From NCBI GenBank assembly GCA_016618085.1, contig JABLTG010000168.1:1-42223 (forward strand): DNA of 42,223 nt, in the 5' to 3' direction. This document shows positions 1 through 10,608 of the stretch, in pieces. Below the pieces are notes generated by a model that saw nothing but the letters and a program-made list of their open reading frames with translations, made no database searches and was not told the DNA's origin. This DNA comes from Neovahlkampfia damariscottae. Lineage: Eukaryota. A program made the position numbers and the translations under genes. The first letter of the stretch is position 1. Each line of letters opens with the position of its first letter.

Positions 1-457
1 TGTAATTTGATTTGCAAATAACAAATATTTCACCTCAAATTGAGACATTTCTTTTGATAATTTTCAACCAATCAAAAAAATTTTTTATCGCGAAGTGACT
101 TCGCATACCAAAACAAAAACACCAATAACACCACTGATCACAAATAACATTCTACTTCATCATAAAACATAATACTTACGAAATAACCACAGCATTTCAA
201 TTCAACAACTCATGTTTATTTATAAGAGACAATGAATTAGAAGTTAGTCTAAATATTAGCACTACACACCAATATAATGAGCATATAAAACAATACAATA
301 AAAATTATTATTTCGAGAATAAACAAAGAATAATTGAAGGAATGTCTGAGAAAATACATTGTCCATACTGTGATATACAAATCACCAAATGCAAATTAGA
401 TAGACATTACAGAACAAATAAACATCAAGGAATGTGGCTGAGTTTAATGATATGCAT
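1..457 (-). pseudogene. Possible degenerate multi-pass membrane protein gene (weak THH1/TOM1/GPR137-like resemblance)
   Basis: Minus-strand frame reads LHLVICISQYGQCIFSDIPSIILCLFSK**FLLYCFICSLYWCVVLIFRL: hydrophobic segments interrupted by several stops; no clean spliced model found. Confidence 0.2.
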
Positions 458-667
458 TAATTTTTTATTTAATATTGTTAATTAAAACCATATTAAACAT
501 CTTCATACTTTTCTGCTAATTCTTCAAAAATTCTTCATTTTTTAATTTCCTGTAGTTGTTAACAAATTGATTTAAACTGACAACCCGTCACATATTTAAG
601 AAATAATAATTTTTTCTGATTTAACAAGAAAACGTTGAGCCAATCACAGTGCTCGACAAACTAAATT

Positions 668-2132
668 TTATTCAAAACATTCTAGCATGTTTTCCAACTT
701 TTCAATAAAACGAAGAGAGCAGATAGGACACAATTTTTTGACAATTGGATCCATTCCTTTTTTTTGATTTGGATTTTCCATGGCACTCCATTTTATTGAT
801 GCAATCTGACTCTTGAATTTTTTATTTTCCTTCATGTAACTGAACAAACATTGAATACAATTGTCTTCTGCACATTTTGCGAATGAATCTAATATCTTGG
901 TTGGAAATACTTTTTCTGTGACGTAAACTCTGCAAAAGAAGAAATATTTTTCCAAGTTAAATAAATCTTGGACTATTGTTTTGACCTCCACTTTAGTGAT
1001 ACGATTTTCTTTTATGTCTCTTTTAATATTTACAATTTGAGAAATACGTTCAAGCGCGCTGATAATTTGGTCATATCTTTGAATCTTTTCTAGAACTTCG
1101 TATTTTGTCAGAATAATTTCAATTTTCTCTGGGCAAAACTGGCTTGCAATTTTTTTAAGAGCTTCTTTTTTCTCATTAAGTTTTTTGTTCAAAAATGCTT
1201 TCCATTTTTGGACAAAAATTTTTCCTTTGTAGTTCATTTTATAAATACTGTGCGCAAAATCTAAATCTTCTTTCTTGTCAGTTGGAATGTGCATATGGTC
1301 ACAATCAAAAAAATTTTGCACAGCATCTTTTTTCAATTGATCAATTTTATATTCTGCCAAGAATTTTTTCAATTCTGAAACTATTTCATCCTCATTTTCT
1401 TTAAATCTTTTTTTTAGTGAATCTATTTTATTGAAAATTTCAGGGTCAATATTTGAAAGGCAAACAACTACATATTTACAATAATTTTTTGAATCATTAA
1501 GTAATTTCAAAAACACACTTGCATCTTTTCCATCAAATTTCTTTAGATAACTGATAAGTTCGTTTGAAGCCTTAATATATTCTGATTGATGTTTCTTGTC
1601 CTCTAAATTAATTTTTCACTTTCAACCTGCTTTTAATACTATTTTGAATGTTAAAATTCCATAATTGGTATTTTTCTTGTGAAAAATAGTGCCAACAAGA
1701 TTCAAAATTATCTTGTTCGATTTTTTTAAATTCTTCTTCTGAATTTATACCAGCTAAAATTTTGGAAAAATATCCTGCTATATCATCATCGTGATTTATA
1801 TCAACATAACATCCTTCAACAAATGATAATTGACAGTTTCTTGGTTCTGATGAAGCAACAATCACTTCAAAGCCAGTATCGTTTTCGAAACTATCTTTGA
1901 GATTTTTTTTAAGATTTGTGATCGAGTTACTTTCTTTTGTAGCTGAAATACCGACAATCTTAACTGTTTTTGAAATTTTTTTGTTTTCCTTGAACTCAAC
2001 TTCCAACACACCAGCGCATTTTCCTTGAGTTTTTCCGGCTCCAAGCAATATTTTTGCCATTGATTTGTCATTTTCTTGTAACTCGTCATTTTTTTCAACA
2101 ACTGTAAGCGTTAGTTTTGTTTCTGGGTTCAT
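668..2132 (-). CDS. Predicted zinc-dependent nucleic-acid/nucleotide deaminase-fold protein with large helical insert (~475 aa)
   Basis: ORFs 1608-2150 and 668-1516 join in frame by removing a 37-nt GTATT..TTTAG intron (1603-1639). ATG at 2132 with ATTGG at 2142-2146. C-terminus has CAE (FAKCAEDNC), a beta strand (IASIKWS) and LCPIC, matching the [H/C]xE...PCxxC deaminase signature. Confidence 0.55.
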
Positions 2133-2289
2133 TTGGAAATGATTGGACAAAATTTGGGTTCAATTCTGAAATTTAACGAAATTTCTTTTTTTCACTTCAA
2201 CTCAATTGGTCTTCAAAATAATATTTTTTTGTTTTCAAAACAATTCGAAAATTGTTCTTATAATTCAGAACCAAAATATCATTTGGAGA

Positions 2290-2913
2290 ATAAACAGAAT
2301 TAAAGGCGGAAAATATTGTCCATGATGTGAAATACATCAAATCATTACCACCAGAAGTCAGATGCAGAAGTTGGTTTCTCCAGATTTTACCACAATATGA
2401 TGAACAAAAAGTTAAAATTAAATAATTGTACAGTGGAGCAACTTGAAATTCCACTCAGAGCCACCATAGAATTAATTTGTAAAGGAATTTGAAGGAAATT
2501 TTTAACAGAGCAATGGGTGTATCTCTGTGAAATTCCATTTTAAAGCTTCCGGAAAAAGTACATTTTTTTAAGGAAACGGTAAATTTAACCCGCTGGAGGC
2601 TTCACCGGTGTAATTTATGGGCTAGAGCTTAGGGTCATTCCACTTACTTACTTCCAAGAAACGACATTGATGTTTATTGTTTTATCCCTCCCAATAAAGA
2701 TATAGAAGATTATCAAGTTTTGAAAGTCCACTCGAAAATTATGGCATAGCTAATCCATTATTGAAAGATCCAATGCTTTACAGACCTGTTGTGTCAAATC
2801 AACCTATGGTTGATTTGGTTGACTCTTATGACAGAGCTTACAATTTTACAACATGTAAATCACATGATGTCAAGTTAAAAGCACTTGTTGAATATCTTGA
2901 GGACCTTATGTAA
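2290..2913 (+). pseudogene. Decayed Crinkler/RHS-type restriction-endonuclease-fold (CR-REase) gene fragment
   Basis: 2729-2913 translates PLENYGIANPLLKDPMLYRPVVSNQPMVDLVDSYDRAYNFTTCKSHDVKLKALVEYLEDLM*, resembling the YxPxxxNxPxxD...[Q]xTxxxxH pattern. Upstream coding-like stretches are broken by stops and frameshifts. Confidence 0.45.
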
Positions 2914-3129
2914 TACGAAGTCATGTATATTCCTAATAAATAAATAAAAACATTATAAATATAAATTATATAAATTTTGTGTTTGGTTGAAAGAAAAACC
3001 AGAAAAAAAGAAATCAAAAAAAATAAAAAATTTCATTGTTTTAAATTGGATATTTTCATTGCCCAAAAAAAAAAAAGGCAGAAAATAAAATAAAACTTGA
3101 ATGATTTAGGTAATATTATCACTGCGAAA

Positions 3130-6051
3130 TCAATAATTTTTTAATAAAAAACCAATATCTTTCATTTTAGGTTTCAATCTTGGTGTATTCAAACTTGATA
3201 ATTTTACATCTTTTTTAGTCAATTCCTTTTCATGAAAAATCAATTTTTTTTCGATTCTCTTTTCTTTTTGATCTAAAAATTCATCAAAAGGAGATTCAAT
3301 TTTAATTGATAATTTAGTTACATCACGTGTAAATTTTTCGATTTTCTTTTTCAAATCTTTTGGGAAATTCTTCATATCTTTGGCAGCAAAATAACCATTC
3401 AATAAATAAGAAATTTGATCTTCAGATAATTTAGATGCTATTAAATCTTTAAATGTTTCATCTGATAAAATTGAAGTTACATCTTTAATTATACAAACAT
3501 CAGCGCATTGCCTTGAATAAGAAAATAATGGTGACTTAATTTTTTCTTTAAATTCATTAAAACCAAAAATAATGATTTCATTTTCATCAAAAAAGTTTTC
3601 AATTGAACTCAATAACATTTTTATATTCAATCCTTTTGATAAATGAACATTTTCTTTGGAAACTTTTGAAATCATTTTGTTGAAAATAAATTCATCAATA
3701 TGATGAGCTAAGGTCAAAAACATATGATTTGTGATATTTAAATCAATCCCAGATGCTTCAAAATCTTCCAAAAAATTTGTTAAAAGTGTAATCAACACAC
3801 TAAAAATTTAAAAAAAATGATCAAAAATTTACGTTGATTCTTGAAATCCATCATTTTTTGAATAGAAAATTGCTGTATTAATCAAATCTGTACTTTCTTT
3901 TGTCATTCTATGTAATACTGTTGTATAGGTTTCATTTAATAAAATTGTCAATGTGTTGATGCAATTAGATGTAATATCTTTTTTTGTTCTTTTTTTCAAA
4001 TTCAGAATTTCATTTTCATCATCCGCATATGAAAGAAAAATAGGTTGCAAAGGAATTTTTTGTTTCTAATTTTTAAAAGAAAATAGAATTACTTTAAATG
4101 GTGTATGTTGATGACTGATTAATGGTGATAATTTTGATAATGCTGATTCCACTTCAGTTCTATGATCAAATTTCAAAACATTCAACATTTTTTCAAGAAA
4201 TTTAATCCAATAAATTTGATTGGAAAGTTCGCGTGCGTTCTAATAAAAAATGGAATTTTAGAAATTTAAATTTACTTTGACCATGTATTCAACTTCACGT
4301 AAAAAGTTGACTAAAAATGTTGGTGATTCTTGTGGTTCAAAGCATTTCCAGTGTTGTAAACATTTTGAAACAATTTTTACGATTTCTGGAATTTCGTCTG
4401 TTCGATCTTCATCTGAAATAGAAAGTAAATATTGTTCTAAGATATATCTCTCTAAATTTTCTTTTTTGAACAATTCATAAATTTCTTTTTTTTCATGTTG
4501 TATCTTTTCTTTCAATTCTTTATTCTCATCTTTCAATTTGATAAATTCATATTTTTGAATGGATACAGAAGAATCTGTTAATTTTTTAATTTGAGTCTCA
4601 TTTTCTTTTTGAATTTTATTCTTTTCATTTTCAAATTTGGATGTCAGTTTTTTAATTTCTTTTTCATTCTCCTTTTGAATTGAATCAAGTTGCTTTTCAG
4701 ATTCCAATAATTGTTTTTTCAATTTCTCTTCATTTGTAGTTAATTCTTTGATTCTATTATTCAATTCAATCTCTTTTTTGGAATCTGATTGTTTGGTGGC
4801 AGTTGTGGCAGTCTGTGTTGTTGATTGGACAGTTTTTGTGGTTGAAATAACTGATGTTTTTTGAATTGGTTTTGTTTGAAGGATTGTTTTTTTACGATCT
4901 TCAATTTTCTTCTTTTCTTCTAATCTTTTTTTTTCTTCTAATTGTTTCTTTTCAGCATCCACTTTTTTCTTTGCTTCTTCTTTTTTCTTTTCCTCTTCTT
5001 GCTTTTTCTTCAAATCTTCCTGTTTCTTCTTTTCTTCTTGTTTTTTTTTCTCATCCAATTTTCTCTTTTCTTCTTCTTGTTTTTTTTTCAAATCTTCCTG
5101 TTTCTTCTTTTCTGCTTCTTGTTTCTTTTTCTTTTCTTCTTCTTCTTCTTCCTTTTTCTTCTTTTCTTCTTCCCTATTTTTTTGAAGAACTGATTGGGAA
5201 GGAGATGTTCTCCCTACTGATGGATTATTGAACATTTGCATTCTTTGAGCAATTTTACTTCCGGATGTTGTTCTTGTCATTTGAGTTTTTTTCTTTTCTT
5301 CTTCTTCTTTTTTCTTTTTAATTTCTTCTAATTTCTTTTTTTCTTCTGACCTTTTTTTTTCATCATCTTGAGCTTTTTTCTTTTCTTCAGCCTTTCTTTT
5401 TTCTTCTTTTTTCTTTTCTTCTTCTTGTTTTTTCTTCAAATCTTCCTGTTTCTTCTTTTCTTCTTCTTGTCTTTTTTTTTCTTGTAATTTTTTTGCTTCC
5501 TCCTGTTTTTTTTTTTCTTCCTCTTGTTTCTTTTTTTCTTCTTCTTTTTTCTTTTCATAATTTGACTTTGTTGCTGGAGATGTTGGTTTTGGTGAATTTG
5601 TTTTCGGTGTCCAAGATTTAACACTAACTTTAACAGGTGCAGTTGTTGTTTTTTTTGTCTCTAAAGGAACATCTTCAAAACCATCACTTGAACCACCTAA
5701 AGATGGTTTATCTTTAAAATATTGATAAAATTGAATGACTTGTGTTTGCATTGATAAAGGTTCAGGTCTTGAACCATATAAAATATCATCAGTATCCATA
5801 AATTGATCAATACCAAGTCCAATTGCTATTTTAAATGCTCTATCTAAATTCTCTCTTTCATTTGTATGTGGTTTTAAATTTTTTACTCCAGGTACTTTTT
5901 TATCTCCTAGAAAATTATTTAAAATTCCTAAGAAAGCAATTCCGTCTCTCCATGATAATGAAAAGTCTTTCATTTCAACATTAGGATAATCTTTCAAAAT
6001 CTTTTGTGCCCAAAGTAAAAGTGCTTTCTTTCCATTTTGTGTTTTGGACAT
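3130..6051 (-). CDS. Calponin-homology (CH) domain + charged single-alpha-helix/coiled coil + Dilute (DIL) domain protein
   Basis: N-terminal ALLLWAQK..YPNV..KDFSLSWRDGIAF (CH type 2); long E/K helices; C-terminal IDEFIFNKMI..KGLNIKMLLSSIE..YSRQCAD..KLSEDQISYLL (DIL). In-frame introns 4240-4275, 4066-4092, 3800-3832. Confidence 0.75.
4880..5560 (-). repeat. Low-complexity E/K-rich coding repeats (KKKQEEE / KKKQEDLKKKQEEE)
   Basis: TTCAAATCTTCCTGTTTCTTC occurs three times (near 5009, 5088, 5435); CTT/TTT-rich tracts. Confidence 0.85.
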
Positions 6052-6132
6052 CTCTCAAAAGAAAAGAAAAATGATTGGATTGGAAAAAATGGATGACCTG
6101 TAGTACTTTTCTCAAAAAAAAAAAAATGAAAA

Positions 6133-6601
6133 TTATTTATTAGTTTGTACATTTTTAATTTCTTGATTGATACTACTTCTAAAAAACAAAAAAGAGTTTT
6201 TAATAATTTTTCTTTAACTTACATTGCACTAGATATACCCTGTAAATCTTGAACAAGTTTCGAAATTGCTTTTTCTTTTTCTTGAAATTTTTTTGATACA
6301 TTGGCAAATTGACTTTCTTCCTTTTCATTTTCATTTGGCTGAGTTACATTTTGATGTCTTGATTTTTTAATTTATTTTTTTTATAAAACTTTAATTCTAT
6401 TTCCATGGATGATAAAAATGCTCTGACTTGTAATTGTGAAATATTATCAATTTGTTTCAAAACAGCTTCTTCCTTACTTCCAAATGCATTTAATTCTCCA
6501 GTAGTAAATAATTTATCAACTTCTCTCAATTCTTCTTCAGCAAAATCTAAAAAAAATTCACTTTCTTCTTTTGTTGTTCTTTTTTGTTGTTGTTCAGTCA
6601 T
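6133..6601 (-). CDS. CCDC28 (DUF4061)-like coiled-coil protein, 130 aa
   Basis: Introns 6358-6389 and 6179-6222 give a complete in-frame model. FTTGELNAFG...QIDNISQLQ...LVQDLQGISSAI resembles the CCDC28 FHSGxLQAFG...L..LS.SI pattern. Confidence 0.55.
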
Positions 6602-6622
6602 AAAAACGTAATTTAACTCAAA

Positions 6623-6627
6623 CCAAT
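6623..6627 (+). promoter_or_regulatory. CCAAT box in a 69-nt bidirectional promoter
   Basis: AACCAATCA between divergent ATGs at 6601(-) and 6671(+). Confidence 0.6.
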
Positions 6628-6670
6628 CAAATTCTTTATTTGATTTTATCAAACAAAAAACAAATCTTTG

Positions 6671-7429
6671 ATGAGTAGTGAACCAGTACGATGTGATATT
6701 GATATCATGACTGTATTTTTTCCACCTGAAGAAAATACAGGTCAAGAACCAATGTTTCTTCCCATAGCCAAATTACTCACTTATCAAAAAGATAATCTTT
6801 ATGAATATGTTGTTGAAGTACCAAAATTTTCCAAAAATTTTCAATTATTATATACTTGTAATGAAAATAAATACTATCAATTTCATACTTATATTGATGG
6901 AAATTATTTAGGGAAACAAAATATAATCAATCAAAATCGAATTACAAAAGGAACTATTTCTGATGATTGTTTGTATCCATTTTTATTTTCAAATAATACT
7001 ATTGTAGAAGATGAAAAAGATCAATCACAAAAATATGAATCATCAGGTTTAATTGAAGTTTCTTTGAATTTAGTTGAATATGATTATTCAGAAGATTTTG
7101 AAATGAGAGGAAATACGCATGAAAATAAATTTGATAAAATGAATATCCAAGAAGAAAATTCAAAAATACATGGTGTATCAACTCAATTAGGAAATCCACT
7201 TTATTTAGAATCAACTTCAAAAAAGAGAAAAAGAATGGTTTTTAAAGTTTTAGAAAAAAATGTAAAAATTATTAAAATTAAAATGTTAAATCAATTAAAT
7301 ATGATTCATTTATTAAAAAATTTAAATTTGTCTTATGATGATTATGAAAAAGTTAAATTTCCACATCAAATTAGAATATTAGCTGCAAAAAAGAAACCAA
7401 AAAAAGAAGAAATTATTGAAATTGAGTAA
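6671..7429 (+). CDS. Hypothetical beta-rich protein (DUF7918-like)
   Basis: Intronless 252-aa ORF; YEYVVE..F.L....YIDG...PFLFS...GLIEVSL pattern; basic NLS-like segments. Confidence 0.5.
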   Translation: MSSEPVRCDIDIMTVFFPPEENTGQEPMFLPIAKLLTYQKDNLYEYVVEVPKFSKNFQLLYTCNENKYYQFHTYIDGNYLGKQNIINQNRITKGTISDDCLYPFLFSNNTIVEDEKDQSQKYESSGLIEVSLNLVEYDYSEDFEMRGNTHENKFDKMNIQEENSKIHGVSTQLGNPLYLESTSKKRKRMVFKVLEKNVKIIKIKMLNQLNMIHLLKNLNLSYDDYEKVKFPHQIRILAAKKKPKKEEIIEIE

Positions 7430-7501
7430 ACTTTTTTTTTGAATTGAATTATAAAAAAAACTTGAAACTTTGTTAAAATTTTATTTTTTTTTTTTTTTGG
7501 T

Positions 7502-7909
7502 TTATAAACCAAGAAGATTGTTGAAATCAAATGGATCTTTGTATCTCTTTTTTCTATTTTCTTCTCTTAATTTTTCAAGTCTTTGTTGATTTCCTTTTAA
7601 TTTTTCATTTATTGTTGATATTCTTTTAAAGTTTGCGATTGTTGTTTTAGTTTCTCTGAGATTTTTAATAAAACCATGTCTTTTGATTTCTTTTTTTTTT
7701 TCTGGCATTGGCCATTCTAAATTATTTAATTCAGCACCTTTTTTTAATTCAGCTAAAACTCGGTTGGAAAATTTTGGTTTTCTTTTAACACTAAAATGTT
7801 GGTTTTTTTTTTTTTAAGTTTACCCATTTATAATCATTGGTCTTGCTGAATATGGCAAAGTTGCTAATAAACTTTTCAACAATTTAACGTCGTGTCTGTA
7901 CTTGCTCAT
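7502..7909 (-). CDS. Mitochondrial ribosomal protein mL59 (yeast MRPL25)-like
   Basis: Intron 7791-7823; RKPKFSNRVLAELKKGAELNNLEWP...KRISTINEKL pattern. Confidence 0.6.
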
Positions 7910-8057
7910 TTTTTAAAATTTTGAACCAATGAAAGACAAAGAATAATTTTCAAAGAAATAAATTTTTTAAATTAAATATTTAAAATTATTTTATTTTTAA
8001 TTTTGAAGAAATAGTCACCCAATCAAATTTTTTTTTGAAGGCAAACAAAAGTGTAAA

Positions 8058-8348
8058 ATGAATCGTGGAAATTTTCAACAACAACAAAGTTATCAACAAA
8101 TGCAACAAATGCAAAAAATGCAAGAAATGCAAATGATGCAAGAATTACAAATGAAAGAACAAATGAATAATTTTGCATTTATTTTAAACACTTGTTTCAG
8201 TGAATGTGTTACAAAATTTGACAATAAAGAATTAGATGACAAAGAAAAAGTATGTCTAAACAAATGTTCAACAAAAATGATCGGTTCTATTCAAAGAGTA
8301 GGTGAAATCTTTGCAGAAAATCAACAATTATTCGCACAAAAAAAATAA
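8058..8348 (+). CDS. TIM9: Small Tim chaperone, Tim9-like
   Basis: Twin CX3C (CFSEC...CLNKC) and QRVGEIFAE. Confidence 0.85.
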   Translation: MNRGNFQQQQSYQQMQQMQKMQEMQMMQELQMKEQMNNFAFILNTCFSECVTKFDNKELDDKEKVCLNKCSTKMIGSIQRVGEIFAENQQLFAQKK

Positions 8349-8355
8349 ACAACTT

Positions 8356-8766
8356 TTATTGTTCAAAATCCTCTTCATCACCTTCAACTTTAAAATCTGG
8401 AATTGGTGGAGTTTCTTTTGGATTTCCAAAAAGACCCATTGGAGTTGGTGTGAAGTCAACTTTCAAAGCTTCTTTTTTTAAAGGTTCTGGAATAGCATTC
8501 ATTGCAGCAATCATGTATTTTTTATAAAGTTCTTTTTGATATTCAGCTGCTATTTGAATAGCACTTTGTTGTGCTAAAACTAATTTTTCTAATTCTTCTT
8601 GTTTTCTTATTGTTTCTTTTGTTTTTTTTAAAACTGGTATTTCTGAAGGTCTTAAATAAGATAAAATACACAGCAAAAGATCATCTGTTACTTTATCTCT
8701 TTTAAAATTCTTTTTTGCATAATTTCGTTTACTCAAAAATTTTGTGGTTGTTTTTAAAAAATTCAT
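8356..8766 (-). CDS. Mitochondrial ribosomal protein mL40-like
   Basis: Presequence-like N-terminus (MNFLKTTTKFLSKRNY); AMNAIPEPLKKEALKVD.TPTP...ETPPIPDF. Confidence 0.65.
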   Translation of the reverse strand: MNFLKTTTKFLSKRNYAKKNFKRDKVTDDLLLCILSYLRPSEIPVLKKTKETIRKQEELEKLVLAQQSAIQIAAEYQKELYKKYMIAAMNAIPEPLKKEALKVDFTPTPMGLFGNPKETPPIPDFKVEGDEEDFEQ

Positions 8767-8815
8767 TCTTTTCTTTTGATGATTGGTCAATTGAGAGAAG
8801 AATAATTTTTTGTAT

Positions 8816-9365
8816 TTATTCAAGATTTTTATACTGTTTATTAAATTCATTATTAAATGATTCATCTGCTTTTTTTAAATTCCATTCATTTTTTGAAAGA
8901 AATTTTTTTGCCATTTCTTTTGAAATATGTTTTCCTTTTGAGAATTTTTCCAGAAGATAATTCTTTTCTTGTGTATCTCTTTTAATTTTTTCAGATTCTT
9001 TATTTTCAATTTTTGGTATCAAAATTTCTTTTTCAAAAAAGTCTTCCAATGTATTTCCAGTAAAAGCGTTTGCTTCTTTTATTTGACCTACGGAAACGTC
9101 ATATTTCAAACATAGTCCTTCTAATGTATCCTCGTTTTCTATTTTATGTACAACAAAATTCTCTAAATTTTGTGGTTCGTGTTCTTTTTTTTTTTGAATT
9201 ATTATTTTCTCTTTTTTTACCTTTATAACTTATTTGATGGATATTTGCATGACTTTCAATTGAAGAGAATAAAGAATTCATTTCTTCTTCTTCTAATCTT
9301 CTCATTTCTTCTTCTGTAAATCCCAAGGTCAGAAATTCATAACAACATTTTATCAACCCAGACAT
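8816..9365 (-). CDS. LysM domain + UBA-like domain protein
   Basis: Intron 9184-9220; VVHKIENEDTLEGLCLKYDVSVGQIKEAN..EILIP (LysM); EMAKKFLSKNEWNLKKA (UBA-like). Confidence 0.75.
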
Positions 9366-9428
9366 TCAAGTTGACTTGTGGAACAACTGACCAATAAAAT
9401 AAAAATTTTTTTTTTTTATTTTTATTTT

Positions 9429-9755
9429 TTAATTTTGTCTCCATTGAAATCCACATTTTGTACATTTATAAAATTCAGTCATAGGTTCATCAGCACTTCT
9501 TGTTTGAAAACAAATAAAAGCAGCTTCTCTTGAGTCACAATCAGACTGTGGACATTTTTCTTCTGCAATTTGAGCATTTTTAAAATCACCTGATTCAATT
9601 ACATCATCAACTTGTTTTGTTTTCAAAGCTACTGAAGAATGTATCTTATTTTTTATTAAACAAATATAAGGACATGTTTGACAAAATAACTGACTTGATT
9701 TATCAAGAGTTTTTTCGACCATTAAAAAATTTCCACAATTTGGACAAAAATGCAT
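9429..9755 (-). CDS. POLR3K: RNA polymerase III subunit RPC11
   Basis: MxFCPNCGN.L, CQTCPY, QTRSADEPMTEFYKC..C..W TFIIS-type zinc ribbon. Confidence 0.92.
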   Translation of the reverse strand: MHFCPNCGNFLMVEKTLDKSSQLFCQTCPYICLIKNKIHSSVALKTKQVDDVIESGDFKNAQIAEEKCPQSDCDSREAAFICFQTRSADEPMTEFYKCTKCGFQWRQN

Positions 9756-9822
9756 CTCTTCAACTTTTTCCTCTTGAATTTAAATTTGATTTTATTGGTT
9801 GAATATTTTCAACCAAAACTAA

Positions 9823-10601
9823 ATGCTTTTGTCAAAGAAGTTTCTCAAGAAAAATTATTTTTTCACAAGAGAAATTAAAAAATTGATTAAATTAAAATAT
9901 TTTTATGATTCAAATTTACCAAATATTTGTGATGCTGACATTGGTATAAATAAAGAAAACAAAATTGTTTCACAAGATATTTTTGATTCTTTGGTGAATG
10001 ACAAGATAAACTTAAGAAAGATATCTACTATAAGATATTATAATGAAGATGAAGATGCATATATGTTATTAAAAGACAATGAACTTGATGCTACAAAAAT
10101 AAAAAATGATACACTAACTTTAAAACTTGAAAAATCATCTTCTACCTCTAGTAAGTTGAAAAATGATTAATTTCAAAGGATATGCTGGACCTTTTACAAA
10201 TTTCTTATTCAATTTTGGTTTGTTAATAAACAACATGCAACCAACATTGAGAGTAAAAATGAACACAGTTGCAGGAACAATAGAAAGAGTATTTGATGGT
10301 TATTTCAAAGGCATTGGACTTACTGTTGATTGTTCAGTTCGTTGTCAAGGATTCTTTTTTATCAGGTCTCCTTTTCATGATGTTTATTGGGAACAACCAA
10401 TTGAATTAGGAAAAGGAATTGATATTGCATTCCCTTTTGCTTTACATATCACATACATGTCTTTTAAAAATACTTCAGGTGGAGTCTTAATGGTAAGTAA
10501 AAAAGTATAAGTAGTCTAAAAATAAAAAGATTGGAATACCAGTTGGTTTTGCTGCAGGAATAACATATTTTGAAGGTGGTTCATTAATTCCAAAAAAATA
10601 A
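9823..10601 (+). CDS. Hypothetical protein: presequence-like start, PB1-like acidic motif, Gly-rich beta C-terminal domain
   Basis: Introns 10151-10178 and 10493-10529 join the ORFs in frame to a stop at 10601. Confidence 0.6.
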
Positions 10602-10608
10602 TATATTT

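Noticed and set aside
4854..5231. Phe/Leu-rich + strand ORFs (also 38129-38593, 21016-21408, 36261-36788 and similar)
   Set aside because: Antisense shadows of K/E-rich or conserved coding regions on the opposite strand
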